DNA of 64,000 nt from Macrostomum lignano (Eukaryota): NCBI GenBank assembly GCA_002269645.1, contig NIVC01000125.1:34897-98896 (forward strand), given 5' to 3'. The first letter of the stretch is position 1; every line of letters starts with the position of its first letter. The notes under the pieces were generated by a model. It saw only the letters and a program-made list of their open reading frames with translations. It searched no databases and was not told the DNA's origin. Shown here piece by piece: positions 23,194 to 34,800 of this stretch. A program made the position numbers and the translations under genes.

Positions 23194-25246
23194 CTAGTTG
23201 TTGCCTTCGGGCGGCGGCATCGGCTGATTTGGCATCCCAGCGGCAGCTTCATACGGCGGCGGCTTGTCGCCGACGTCGGCATCGGTTGGAGCGCTGGCGG
23301 CAGTGCCGGGCGGCGGCATGTACCAGGCATTGTAGGCCGGCGGCATCGGCGCTCCCGCGGCGGCGGGATTCGGATAGTTAAAAGACGAATTGTCGTAGGC
23401 GGCCGGCTGCTGCAGCGGCGGTGGCGGCGGGTGCTGCTGCTGCACCGGGTAGCTGCCGGGCGGTGCCGGCGGCAGGTCGCTACGAGTTCCAGCGCCAGTT
23501 CCGGCCGTTTCGCGCCGTCGCTGAGCTGCCACAGCCCGATGGTAGAACGCCATCCGGGTGCCGAACACGGCGAGCACGGTGAGGCCGCCGATGATCAGGC
23601 CGATGGACCAGTAGGGAAACGAGAAAAAACTGCTCGAAGACTTTTTGCTACTCAGAGTCCGGTCAAGCGTAGTGAGGTTGTGGAATTCGCTCTCTCCGCC
23701 GATGCTGCTGCTGCACAAGTAGCGAAGATACTTCCAGCAGTTCTCGCGGTAGTACGAGTTGAATCTGTAGATCACGCAGCGGCAGCTGCCAGTTGAACAG
23801 CCGGAGCTACTGGAGCTTGAGCTGTAGAACTTGAGACTACCGCTAGAGCTGAAAAATCGGGAGCAGAGGGAGGGAGTGAGTAATAAATGTTCAGTATAGG
23901 AGCTTAGGCATTAACTACGATGCAACTAGCAATAGAGTCAATTGGTAACAAATTGAGACAAGTAGCTTGATGTTAATTAGTTCACCTGATAAGAGAGTAA
24001 GACACTGTAGAGATAATTGATGTTAATTAGTTCACCTGATAAGAACGTAAGACACTGAGAAGATAATTGATGTTAATTAGTTCACCTGATAAGAGAGTAA
24101 AACACTGTAGAGATAATTGATGCTAATTAGTTCACCTGGTAAGAGCGTAAAGCACTATAGAGATAATTGATGTTAATTAGTTCACCTGATAAGAGAGTAA
24201 GACACTGTAGAGATAATTGATGCTAATTAGTTCACCTGGTAAAAGCGTAAGACACTATAGAGATAATTGATGTTAATTAGTTCACCTGATAAGAGAGTAA
24301 GACACTGTAGAGATAATTGATGCTAATTAGTTCACCTGGTAAAAGCGTAAGACACTATAGAGATAATTGATGTTAATTAGTTCACCTGATAAGAGGGTAA
24401 GACACTGTAGAGATAATTGATGCTAATTAGTTCACCTGGTAAAAGCGTAAGACACTGTAGAGATAACTGATGATAATTAGTTCACCCGATAAGAACGTAA
24501 GACAGGAAGCTGTTGTGCTCTGCTTACCTCACGAGAAACTTATTGGCGTCCAAAAAGTACACTCCAGACGAAGAGTCGGCGGCCCCAAGCCACACCTTTG
24601 TCAAGCTAGACCAGCCTGAACTCGAAGTTGCCGATTTAAGCGCGCTGCTGGAGTCAAAGCTCAAGGCTAAATTAGCTCGCACCTGGCGGCACGCGCCGAG
24701 GGCGGTATTAAAAGTGGTCCCTGATGCGTCGGGACGCGCAGAGCCGAAGCACTTATTGTTGTAGGAGACCCACCAGGATGGACAGCCGTGAACGGCCTCA
24801 ATGTCTAGCATGATCAGCTCGTTGTAGAATGGAGACGGCAGGCTGCTGGACAAGATGGCGTACAGGCTGTTTCCAGGCGTGGCGAATGCCCGGTACACGG
24901 TATCATTGGAGGAAGTCAGGGAAGCAACGAACTCGCCTCCAGAGCCATGGTTGGTGCTCAGGCTGAGCCGCGTATACGTTGACTTCAGGCTGCCGTTGAC
25001 CCGGATGTAATAATAGGCGGATGTTAGCAGGTTGTTGCGGATAAGCACGTGGCATGTTGGTACAGCTTCGCTGATTTCTAGTCGAAGGCCAAACTGGGTT
25101 TCCGTTGGAGTGAAGTAGGCAGGGCTGGACCCATCGCTGCAGTTGTACACGGGAAACGAGGCGCTTTGGCTAGAAACGCCTGGCAACAGAATCAGCGGCA
25201 GCAGAAGCAGCTGCAGCAGGAACACTGGATGCTCGAGGCGACACAT
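23194..25246 (-). CDS. Receptor paralog E; exons 25246-24528 and 23848-23194 (457 aa)
   Basis: ATG at 25246, donor AG|GTAAGC, acceptor TTTTTCAG|C in phase 2; CPSWW..CFG, CRCVIY..C..YLCS, TM YWSIGLIIGGLTVLAVFG, PPAY and PPPY. Confidence 0.88.
23965..24505. repeat. Intronic minisatellite, 50 bp unit (AGATAATTGATGTTAATTAGTTCACCTGATAAGAGAGTAAGACACTGTAG), about 11 copies
   Basis: Fills most of the paralog E intron. Confidence 0.96.
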
Positions 25247-25314
25247 TGCCGATTGAGGCTGAAGTGGCAAAAGAAGATTGTTGCATTTATTACAATTGAT
25301 TGCTCATAAACCTA

Positions 25315-26355
25315 GGAGAGGCAGATTCAATGAGTTGAGGAAGAGCTGAGACTCTGAGAGGCACATTCAATGAGTTGAGGGGGAGCTGAGAGGCAGATTC
25401 AATGAGTTGAGGGGGAGCTGAGAGGCAGATTCAATGAGTTGAGGGGGAGCTGAGAGGCACATTCAATGAGTTGAGGGGGAGCTGAGAGGCAGATTCAATG
25501 AGTTGAGGGGGAGCTGAGAGGCACATTCAATGAGTTGAGGGGGAGCTGAGAGGCAGATTCAATGAGTTGAGGGGGAGCTGAGACTCTGAGAGGCAGATTC
25601 AATGAGTTGAGGGGGAGCTGAGAGGCACATTTAATGAGTTGAGGGGGAGCTGAGAGGCAGATTCAATGAGTTGAGGGGGAGCTGAGAGGCAGATTCAATG
25701 AGTTGAGGGGGAGCTGAGAGGCAGATTCAATGAGTTGAGGGGGAGCTGAGAGGCAGATTCAATGAGTTGAGGGGGAGCTGAGAGGCACATTCAATGAGTT
25801 GAGGGGGAGCTGAGAGGCACATTCAATGAGTTGAGGGGGAGCTGAGAGGCACATTTAATGAGTTGAGGGGGAGCTGAGAGGCACATTCAATGAGTTGAGG
25901 GGGAGCTGAGACTCTGAGAGGCAGATTCAATGAGTTGAGGGGGAGCTGAGAGGCACATTCAATGAGTTGAGGGGGAGCTGAGAGGCACATTCAATGAGTT
26001 GAGGGGGAGCTGAGAGGCAGATTCAATGAGTTGAGGGGGAGCTGAGAGGCAGATTCAATGAGTTGAGGGGGAGCTGAGAGGCAGATTCAATGAGTTGAGG
26101 GGGAGCTGAGAGGCAGATTCAATGAGTTGAGGGGGAGCTGAGAGGCAGATTCAATGAGTTGAGGGGGAGCTGAGAGGCAGATTCAATGAGTTGAGGGGGA
26201 GCTGAGAGGCAGATTCAATGAGTTGAGGGGGAGCTGAGAGGCAGATTCAATGAGTTGAGGGGGAGCTGAGAGGCAGATTCAATGAGTTGAGGGGGAGCTG
26301 AGAGGCAGATTCAATGAGTTGAGGGGGAGCTGAGAGGCACATTCAATGAGTGAGC
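25315..26355. repeat. Minisatellite, 32 bp unit (GCTGAGAGGCAGATTCAATGAGTTGAGGGGGA), about 32 copies
   Basis: Direct tandem repeats in the E-F spacer. Confidence 0.97.
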
Positions 26356-26944
26356 TTCACAAGGAACTGAGAACAAAGAAAGAAAAACAAAAATTAACAA
26401 ATAAATATACGGGTCTATCGCAATAAGCTTTACAAAGGCACATGAACAGACAATCTTTAGAGCCGCTGATCCCACTTTTACGGGTTTGAGAAAGAAAATA
26501 AGATTATGTTACAAAGATCTAAGATTAAACAGTACAATATAAACTGAGAACTTTTGATTTTTTGCAAAACATTTTTGCCAGAAAATTACGACTATTGGAC
26601 GGATGAACTAGACACAGCAGCAGTAGACATTCGCAACAATGTACTTTATAAACTAAGAAAATGTAGTCTTTGTTAAATAAATACAAGAATACTTGTATCT
26701 GAAGGTGTGAAGGAAAAAATGTAAAAAAAATTACAGGTTACACAAAAACAATGCAAAGTATGCCAGAAATATTTGGCCACATAAAATAAGCGATCACAGC
26801 GAAGCAATGCATCGAGAGTCTGCAGACCAGGGAAATAGTTTAGTCTGTCAGGTAGCTGGTGCTGCTCCATAAGGGCCAGGAATTCCGCTCATTTCAACTA
26901 ACAGATTAGCAAGATAGGCAACAAGCGATGCAACTTCGATGCCA

Positions 26945-28594
26945 TCAGGCTTCGCTGGCGCCACCGTCGTCGCCAAAGGCGGCCAGAGCGGCAGCGTAGG
27001 ACGGCGGAGGCTCCGGCTGGTTCGGGGAGTCCTCGACCGAGTCGGCTGATGCGGCGGTCAGCGCGGACGGACTCGGCGTGGCTGCGGCTGCCGCTTCAGC
27101 GTAGCTCGGAGGTCCTTCGTCATCATCTGGCGGAGCGTACAATTCAGCACCGGTGCCGGACTCTGCTGCATTGGTTTCCATGACAACCGAGTCCGAGTCT
27201 ATTGAGTTCAAAATCTCCGACACCGCAGCCGCCACATCGTAGCTCGGCGGGCCGCCGTCGGCCGAATCGTCCACTGCGACGTCAATGTTTCCAGGATCCG
27301 TAGCAACGGTTGCCGTAGCAACTGACTCAGTCTGAGAGTTTGCCACATCTTCCAGATCGGGCGTGCCGCCATCGCGCACGCCGCTGGCAGCTCGAGAACG
27401 CGTGAATCGCAGACACCTGCGCAGCCGGGACCGAATTCGGCTCAGGCAGGTGCGCAGTCGCGAGGCCGGCCTGCTGGTGGGGCAGTCATTGTCTCGCGCG
27501 AAAAACAGCCCAAACAGGACAGCGCCAAAAAGACAGCCAAAGATTAACAGCCCGCAGCTGAAGCCGGAGCAAACTTTTTCGTCATCAGAGCCAAGAGATC
27601 CGTCCAACAAGTCATCGAGGCCGTCCAAGTCGTAAACCGGTCGGACTAAACAGTCAGCGCAGCCGCTGCACAGGTAGGGCAGCTTCTTGTCGCAGTCAGC
27701 CAAGAAGTATTCGCCCTTAGCAACAAACACGCAGCGGCAAGACCAGCGCGAACAGTTCATCGAGATGCCGTGGCTGAAGTCCCGAGACTCTTCCACCCTG
27801 CAGAGAAAAAGTTTCGATTCAATCGATTTAAAAAAGATCGCAAAAATGCTCATTAACTAGTAGAAGACTCACACAAGAGGCAGCCCGAGCTCCTTGGCAC
27901 TGAGAAAGTACACCGAGTACTTGCTGGCTGCCGCCCCGATCCACACCGGCTGATCGGGTGGCCAGCCTGAGGCGGACAGGCCGCTCCTCAACTCACTGAC
28001 GGACCCGAAGTCCATCGCCAGGTTGGCTCCCACGTGACGGCACCCAGTCACCGCCTCGTCGAACGACGCAAACGAGTTCTCTACAGACGCCGCACCGTAG
28101 CAGCTGCCGTTGCTGTAGAACCAGTTCCTGGGACACTTCGTCACCAGCTCGATGTCCAGCAGCACCTCATCTGATGAGCCCGCCAGAGATGGGCTGCTCA
28201 GGCTGGCATAGATGCTCCAATACTGCACTGCGAATGCTCGGTACAAGCCCTGGTTTTTGTGCGTCACCATGGCGACCTGCGAGCCGCCGAGCTGGCGAGT
28301 GCGCAGAATCAGCACTGAGGACTGATGGCGAAGCTGGCCGATCAGTCTGACATAGAAATGCCACCTGCTGGCTCCGGTGGCGCTGCCGACAAGCAGCGAG
28401 TGGCAGGAGCGGCTGCCGCCTGCGCCGCCGATGCTCAACCGCAGCTGCAGCGACTCGCCGGGCCGGATCGACCTCGGAGCTGGCGATCCTGCGGCTGCGT
28501 TGCTGCAGTTGAGCAGCGGCCCGCCGCCCGCCACCACCAGCGGCAGCAGCAGCGGCAGCAGCAACAGCAGCGACAGAGGCAGATTGGCTTGTGA
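26945..28594 (-). CDS. Receptor paralog F; exons ~28594-27873 and 27797-26945; in-frame ATG not found
   Basis: Leu-rich signal-like stretch, CPRNW..CYG, donor GT|GTGAGT, 75-bp intron, acceptor CTCTGCAG|G in phase 2; CRCVF..C..YLCS, TM, long acidic tail with three PPSY motifs. Confidence 0.8.
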
Positions 28595-28890
28595 CTGAAA
28601 GCATAATTTACAGAATAATATTAGATGCCTTGGACTGAAGTGCCTACTACATATATATAGTAGAAGATTCGAGCCAGCGAAATTAGCAAAACTCTCTTAG
28701 ACGATGTGAAATTTCCAGATTATGAAGTTTCTAGCTTGTCTGTTTTGGTCTTAGGTCTATCAAAATTTAAATAAATCGACAAGAAAACTGCACAGTTTTT
28801 CGAGAAACAAGACAAAATGCAATGTTCTACTTTGCCGATCGGTTTAACGCTTTTTCACTTTCGTCAGAAAATGCAATTCTACGAGCCAAT

Positions 28891-31800
28891 TCACTGACTA
28901 TCGCCAGGCGCGTCCAGCACCCAGATTCTCTTCTGCATCCGGTCAGCAGACGGCGCTGGGAACAGCGCATCCCGCACGCAGGCGTCCAGTTCCTCCAGCG
29001 CCAGGCGCACCTGCACCAATGCGGCCTCGTCTCGTTCGACCGATTCGGCCAGCCGCAGAGCCCGGTGCAGCTCGGACAGACAGGCGGCCGGCAGACCGGC
29101 CAGGCTGAGGCGGTCGCAGGCGCGCACCAGCTGGCAGAGGAGGTGAGCGGCCGCCCGTCTCGGCAGCGGGTCCGGATCCGAGCGTAGCAGCGAGCAGGCG
29201 CAGCCGAGAATCTCCTGCAGCCCGACTGACGGCCTGTCCAGGCACCACCAGCGCTGACGGCCGCACAGTTCGGCGAGGCAGCTGACGGCGCTGGCACGCA
29301 GCTGCGGCTCCGGGTCGCGGGCACCTAGCAGAAGCGGCCCAACTATGCGACTGGTCTGGCTGGGAAGCAGCTCGTTCAAATAGCGGCTGCAGCGGACCAT
29401 TGACTGCGGTGGCGGTGGCGGGTTCGTTTGCACTAGCCAAGCATGAGGAATGCAGCTTGTGAATATTGAGGCTGTGGGAATGCAGCTTGTGAAGAATGAG
29501 GCTGTGGGAATGCAGCTTGTGAAGAATGAGGCTGTGGAAATGCAGCTTGTGAAGATTGAGGCTGTGGGAATGCAGCTTGTGAAGAATGAGGCTGTGGGAA
29601 TGCAGCTTGTGAAGATTAAGGCTGTGGGAATACAGCTTGTGAAGATTGAGGCTGTGGGAATGCAGCTTGTGAAGATTGAGGCTGTGGCAATGCAGCTTGT
29701 GAAGATTGAGGCTGTGGGAATGCAGCTTGTGAAGAATGAGGCTGTGGGAATGCAGCTTGTGAAGAATGAGGCTGTGGGAATGCAGCTTGTGAAGATTGAG
29801 GCTGTGAATGAAGCTTGTGAAGAATGAGGCTGTGGGAATGCAGCTTGTGAAGATTGACGCTGTGGGAATGCAGCTTGTGAAGATTGAGGCTGTGGCAATG
29901 CAGCATGTGAAGATTGAGGCTGTGAGAATGCAGCTTGTGAAGATTGAGGCTGTGGGAATGCAGCTTGTGAAGATTAAGGCTGTGGGAATACAGCTTGTGA
30001 AGATTGAGGCTGTGGCAATGCAGCTTGTGAAGATTGAGGCTGTGGCAATGCAGCTTGTGAAGATTGAGGCTGTGGGAATGCAGCATGTGAAGATTGAGGC
30101 TGTGAATGAAGCTTGTGAAGAATGAGGCTGTGGGAATACAGCTTGTGAAGAATGAGGCTGTGGGAATACAGCTTGTGAAGAATGAGGCTGTGGGAATGCA
30201 GCTTGTGAATATTGAGGCTGTGGGAATGCAGCTTGTGAAGATTGAGGCTGTGGGAATGCAGCTTGTGAAGATTGAGGCTGTGGGAATGCAGCTTGTGAAG
30301 ATTGAGGCTGTGGGAATGCAGCTTGTGAAGATTGAGGCTGTGGGAATGCAGCTTGTGAAGAATGAGGCTGTGGGAATGCAGCTTGTGAAGATTGAGGCTG
30401 TGGGAATGCAGCTTGTGAAGATTGAGGCTGTGGGAATGCAGCTTGTGAAGATTGAGGCTGTGGGAATACAGCTTGTGAAGATTGAGGCTGTGGGAATGCA
30501 GCTTGTGAAGATTGAGGCTGTGGGAATGCAGCTTGTGAAGATTGAGGCTGTGGGAATGCAGCTTGTGAAGATTGAGGCTGTGGGAATGCAGCTTGTGAAG
30601 ATTGAGGCTGTGGGAATGCAGCTTGTGAAAATTGAGGCTGTGGGAATGCAGCTTGTGAAGATTGAGGCTGTGGGAATGCAGCTTGTGAAGATTGAGGCTA
30701 TGGGAATGCAGCTTGTGAAGATTGAGGCTGTGGGAATGCAGCTTGTGAAAATTGAGGCTGTGGGAATGCAGCTTGTGAAGATTGAGGCTGTGGGAATGCA
30801 GCTTGTGAAGATTGAGGCTGTGGGAATGCAGCTTGTGAAGATTGAGGCTGTGGGAATGCAGCTTGTGAAGAATGAGGCTGTGGGAATGCAGCTTGTGAAG
30901 ATTGAGGCTGTGGGAATGCAGCTTGTGAAGATTGAGGCTGTGGGAATGCAGCTTAGGAACTGCGGGAATGCAGTTGAAGAGAGCAAACCCCTGACAGCAG
31001 ATGATCGACATGAAGCTTCCTAAATCACCTCGCCAATTCGTAGCCGCAGCTCTGTGGATCGCCGTCGCCCTCCGGCGCCGCCTGGTCCGTCGCCGGGCCC
31101 GAAGAGGCCGGCCAGCAGTGGCAGCAGGCGGTCGGGCAGCTGGCAGGCCAGCACAGCCAGTGCCTCGGCGGCGGGCAGGTGCACATAGCTGTCAGGATGA
31201 TCGGCGCACATCTGCAACAGCCGGGCGCAGGCGTCGGCTAGGCGGGGACCGCGCGGAGCGCCGGCGCGCAGCTGTTGCGTCAGCGCCAAAATGCCGGCGC
31301 CCATTCGCGGCGGCTCGCCAGACTGGATGTCGGCGAAGACGGCACGGTAGGCGGCTGGCGCCTAAGAGGAACCAGGACACCGTTTGAGGTCATTTAAAAT
31401 AGAATTGAGGGACAAAAGTACAGAGTAGAATGTACTTAGTTATTTGTTAATCAAGGCGACAGTCGACCCGCAGCCAGCCAGAAGGCAAGCAGTCGTCATG
31501 CCCATTTTTCTGACCTCTGAGCAGGCACACGCACCCGCTCACACAGGGTGTACAACGGTCCTTGAATTTCTTATCGTCAGGCATGTAAACACACAGGGGG
31601 TTGACACAAGCACCGGGCAAATATTTGTGCACGAGCCCCAAATTAATTATAGGCCGCGAACATATTGATCCCTGGACAGTTGTTCCAATCCAGTGACCCA
31701 ATTATCGAATATGAAAACCATAACAGTATGGATCTAAGTCTCTATGACCGTAATGTTATGAATCAGGGCGTCAAATCACGGAAACTTGAGGGTCTGGGGG

Positions 31801-34800
31801 GGAGGGAGAGACGATAAATACTTACAGGAAGTTAATATCAAAGGCAGCATCAATCAATTATCAAAGTCACCAATCAATCATCAAAGATATCAATCAATTA
31901 TCAGACATTAATCAATCATCAAAATCAATTATTAATTAATAAGGATAACCAATCATCTAACGCATCAATAAATCATCAAACGGATCCATCAATCATTAAA
32001 TGCAATAATCAATCATGAAATGCATCCATCAATCATTAAATGCAATAATCAATCATGAAATGCATCAATCAATCATGAAATGCATCAATCAATCAATCAT
32101 GAAATGCAATAATCAATCATGAAATGCATCAATCAATCATGAAATGCATCAATCAATCATCAAATGCATCAATCAATCATGAAATGCATCAATCAATCAT
32201 CAAATGCATCCATCAATCATTAAATGCAATAATCAATCATGAAATGCGCCCACCTCTCCTTCCTCGTCTTCGACTTCCTTCTCCGTCTTCTCCTCGTAGC
32301 CGGGATTCAACAGAGCCGACCCCGACAGTAGAAGGTCCGACACTGCCGTGGGCCGCGTCCGACACGCCTCGTCGATGTCATCGCCGACGCTCACCCGGCC
32401 GAGGGTGGCCGTCCGCACAGCCAAGCTGCGGGCCAGCTGACGTGTTGCCTCCGGAAGGTCGGCCCGGCCGGCCGCCTCCAGTAGCGTCGGTGTCAGCGCT
32501 GCGACCTCGGCGTTGCCGCCGGCCGAGTGCAAGCCGAGCGTCACGGCCGACACGATCGACAGGGCGAGTTCGAGCGATTCTCGCCGCTGTTCGTCCAGCT
32601 CGGCTGACGAAGCCGCCGATGGCAGCATGGTGTGCCGCAGCAGCGACTGGCACAGGCTGGCCAAGTCGGCCGGCTGGGCGGTTGAGAAAACTCGCTCGGC
32701 CAGCCGCGGCTCCTGGCACAGGCGGACAAGCGCGGACAGCTGGCCGAGGCCCATGCAGCCGCCGTTGGTTGAGAACGAATCGGCCAGATCTTTGAGCAGC
32801 CGGCCGAACAACCTGCCGGACAGGCCCGGACGACCGAAACTGTCGCTGGTTGAGTCGAGCAGCGCCAAAACAACATCCGCAGCGGTCAGGCGCAGCGCCG
32901 GATCGCCGACATCCGGGAGCTGGACGCGGCGCGGACGAACTAGGATCGAATCTTAATGAGATAGGCAGCGTTTGAAATTGTGCACAGATTTTTTTTGATA
33001 TACAAAATAATATCCAGATACTTATATTTTACTATTAGTAGTTCACATAACTCATTTTTGAGTAACCTTTTTCTTGACTTTTTACTTACTAAAGTAGGCT
33101 AGTTCGACTTTCATAGCTTCAGTTTCTTCATAGATCTGAAGGCTGCGTACGGCTGTTCAGTCCAAGGACTGGGGGGTCGCCACACACACACCCCCTCAAT
33201 TACTCAGTTAATGCTGGCACCCATTTTACAGCTGGGTGAACTGAAGCAATACAGAGTTAAGTGTCTTACTCAAGGACACAAATTGTTCCGAGTGAGTCGG
33301 GAATCGAACCGCCAACCTTCAAGTCGTGAGTCCGACGCTGTTGACTCAATCTCCGTGTTTCTTATCTGATTATATTGAATTGAGCAATGCCAGAGAGCTA
33401 GAATAATGTACCTGGCAAGGAGAATTCCACGCCAGGCAGGTGACCGCCGTTCACCGGCTCACTCAGCAGGCGGTGCAGCAGACCGGTCCCCAGCTCCATA
33501 GGGTAGACCGCAGGAAATACAGACAGACAGGCTGTGAGGCGATCGCAGAGTTGAGAAAGACCGCCATCACACTGTTGCTGCTTCTGCGGCTGCTGTTTCC
33601 GCTGCTGCAGTTCCGCAGTTGCTGCAACTAGAAGGTAGAACAAAGGATCAATCAGGCCGGCAAGTCGACGCAAGAAATCTGAGTCGGTCTGCTTGACGCA
33701 GGAGAGCAGGATGCTCAACCGGCTGAGCGGCTCCGCCAGATTCACAACGTCTTCTGGTGCAGATCCAGCATGGCATGAAGACCTAATGACGTCATCTTCT
33801 GGATCAATAGGCTCAGCAGAGTCGATGACGTCATTATTTGAAGCTGCGTGTCTTTTGGGTGAGATGACGTCATCTTTTGAATCAACAGACTTCAACGATG
33901 TGGTGACGTCATTTTTTGAATCAGCAGACTTAGACGAAGTGATTACGCCATCTATTGAATCATCAGGCTTAGACGAAGTGATGACATCATCTTTTGAATC
34001 ATCAGGCTTAGACGAAGTGATGACGTCATCTTTTGAATCAAAAGACCTAGACGAAGTGGTGACGTCATCGTTTGAAACTGCAAGTTTAGACGCGTCGGCG
34101 TTGGCAGCGGCGGTAGCAGGCCGCCTGGCGGCCAGACAGTTAAAGTCGGCCAGCACGCAGTCGCGAAGCAGCTGGTCGAGAGTCGCCGCCGCCAGGCTGT
34201 TGGCGCCGCCGCACCAGCAGACGATGACGTGACAGCAGGCCGATTGCAACCGCTTATCCGCAGGGCCGAGGCGTCGATAAACTTGAAAAAGCTGCTTCGC
34301 TAGACTGTCCGAAAATTTGGCCGGACAAGCGCTTAGCAGGCCGGTCACGCTGGTCACTTTCTCGGACACCGAGTGTCGACTGTCTCCGGCGCCAGCGGCC
34401 GCCGCGTCGTCAAATACGGCGCCCAGTAGGCCGAGAACGCCGTCAGGTCGTTGAAGGAGCTGCTCGGACAGAAGGTGGGAGGCAGCTCGGACCAGCCACT
34501 TGGCTGCAGAGTCGGGCAGTCTAAAGGGAGGGGTTGGCATCGGGAACAACTGCATGAAAGATGAGCTTGCAGTAATCTTCAAGACTTAGTGGCTTAAATC
34601 ATGGAATTCGTTCGGTTTCCAGGGAACGGTTAAACTTTAATTTCAAGAAATAACTCAGATCAGTTTCGACATGAAATTCAAGTCAGTTTCGGGATGGAAT
34701 TCGGGCCAGTTTCGCGATTGAATTCGGGCCAGTTTTGGGATGGAATTCGGGCAGTTTCGGAATGGAATTCAGGTTGAAGGATGGAATTCAGGCCAGTTTC

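Noticed and set aside
29450-31023. Long ORFs (305-456 aa) on both strands
   Set aside because: Translations of a 30-bp repeat lying inside a phase-consistent TANGO6 intron.
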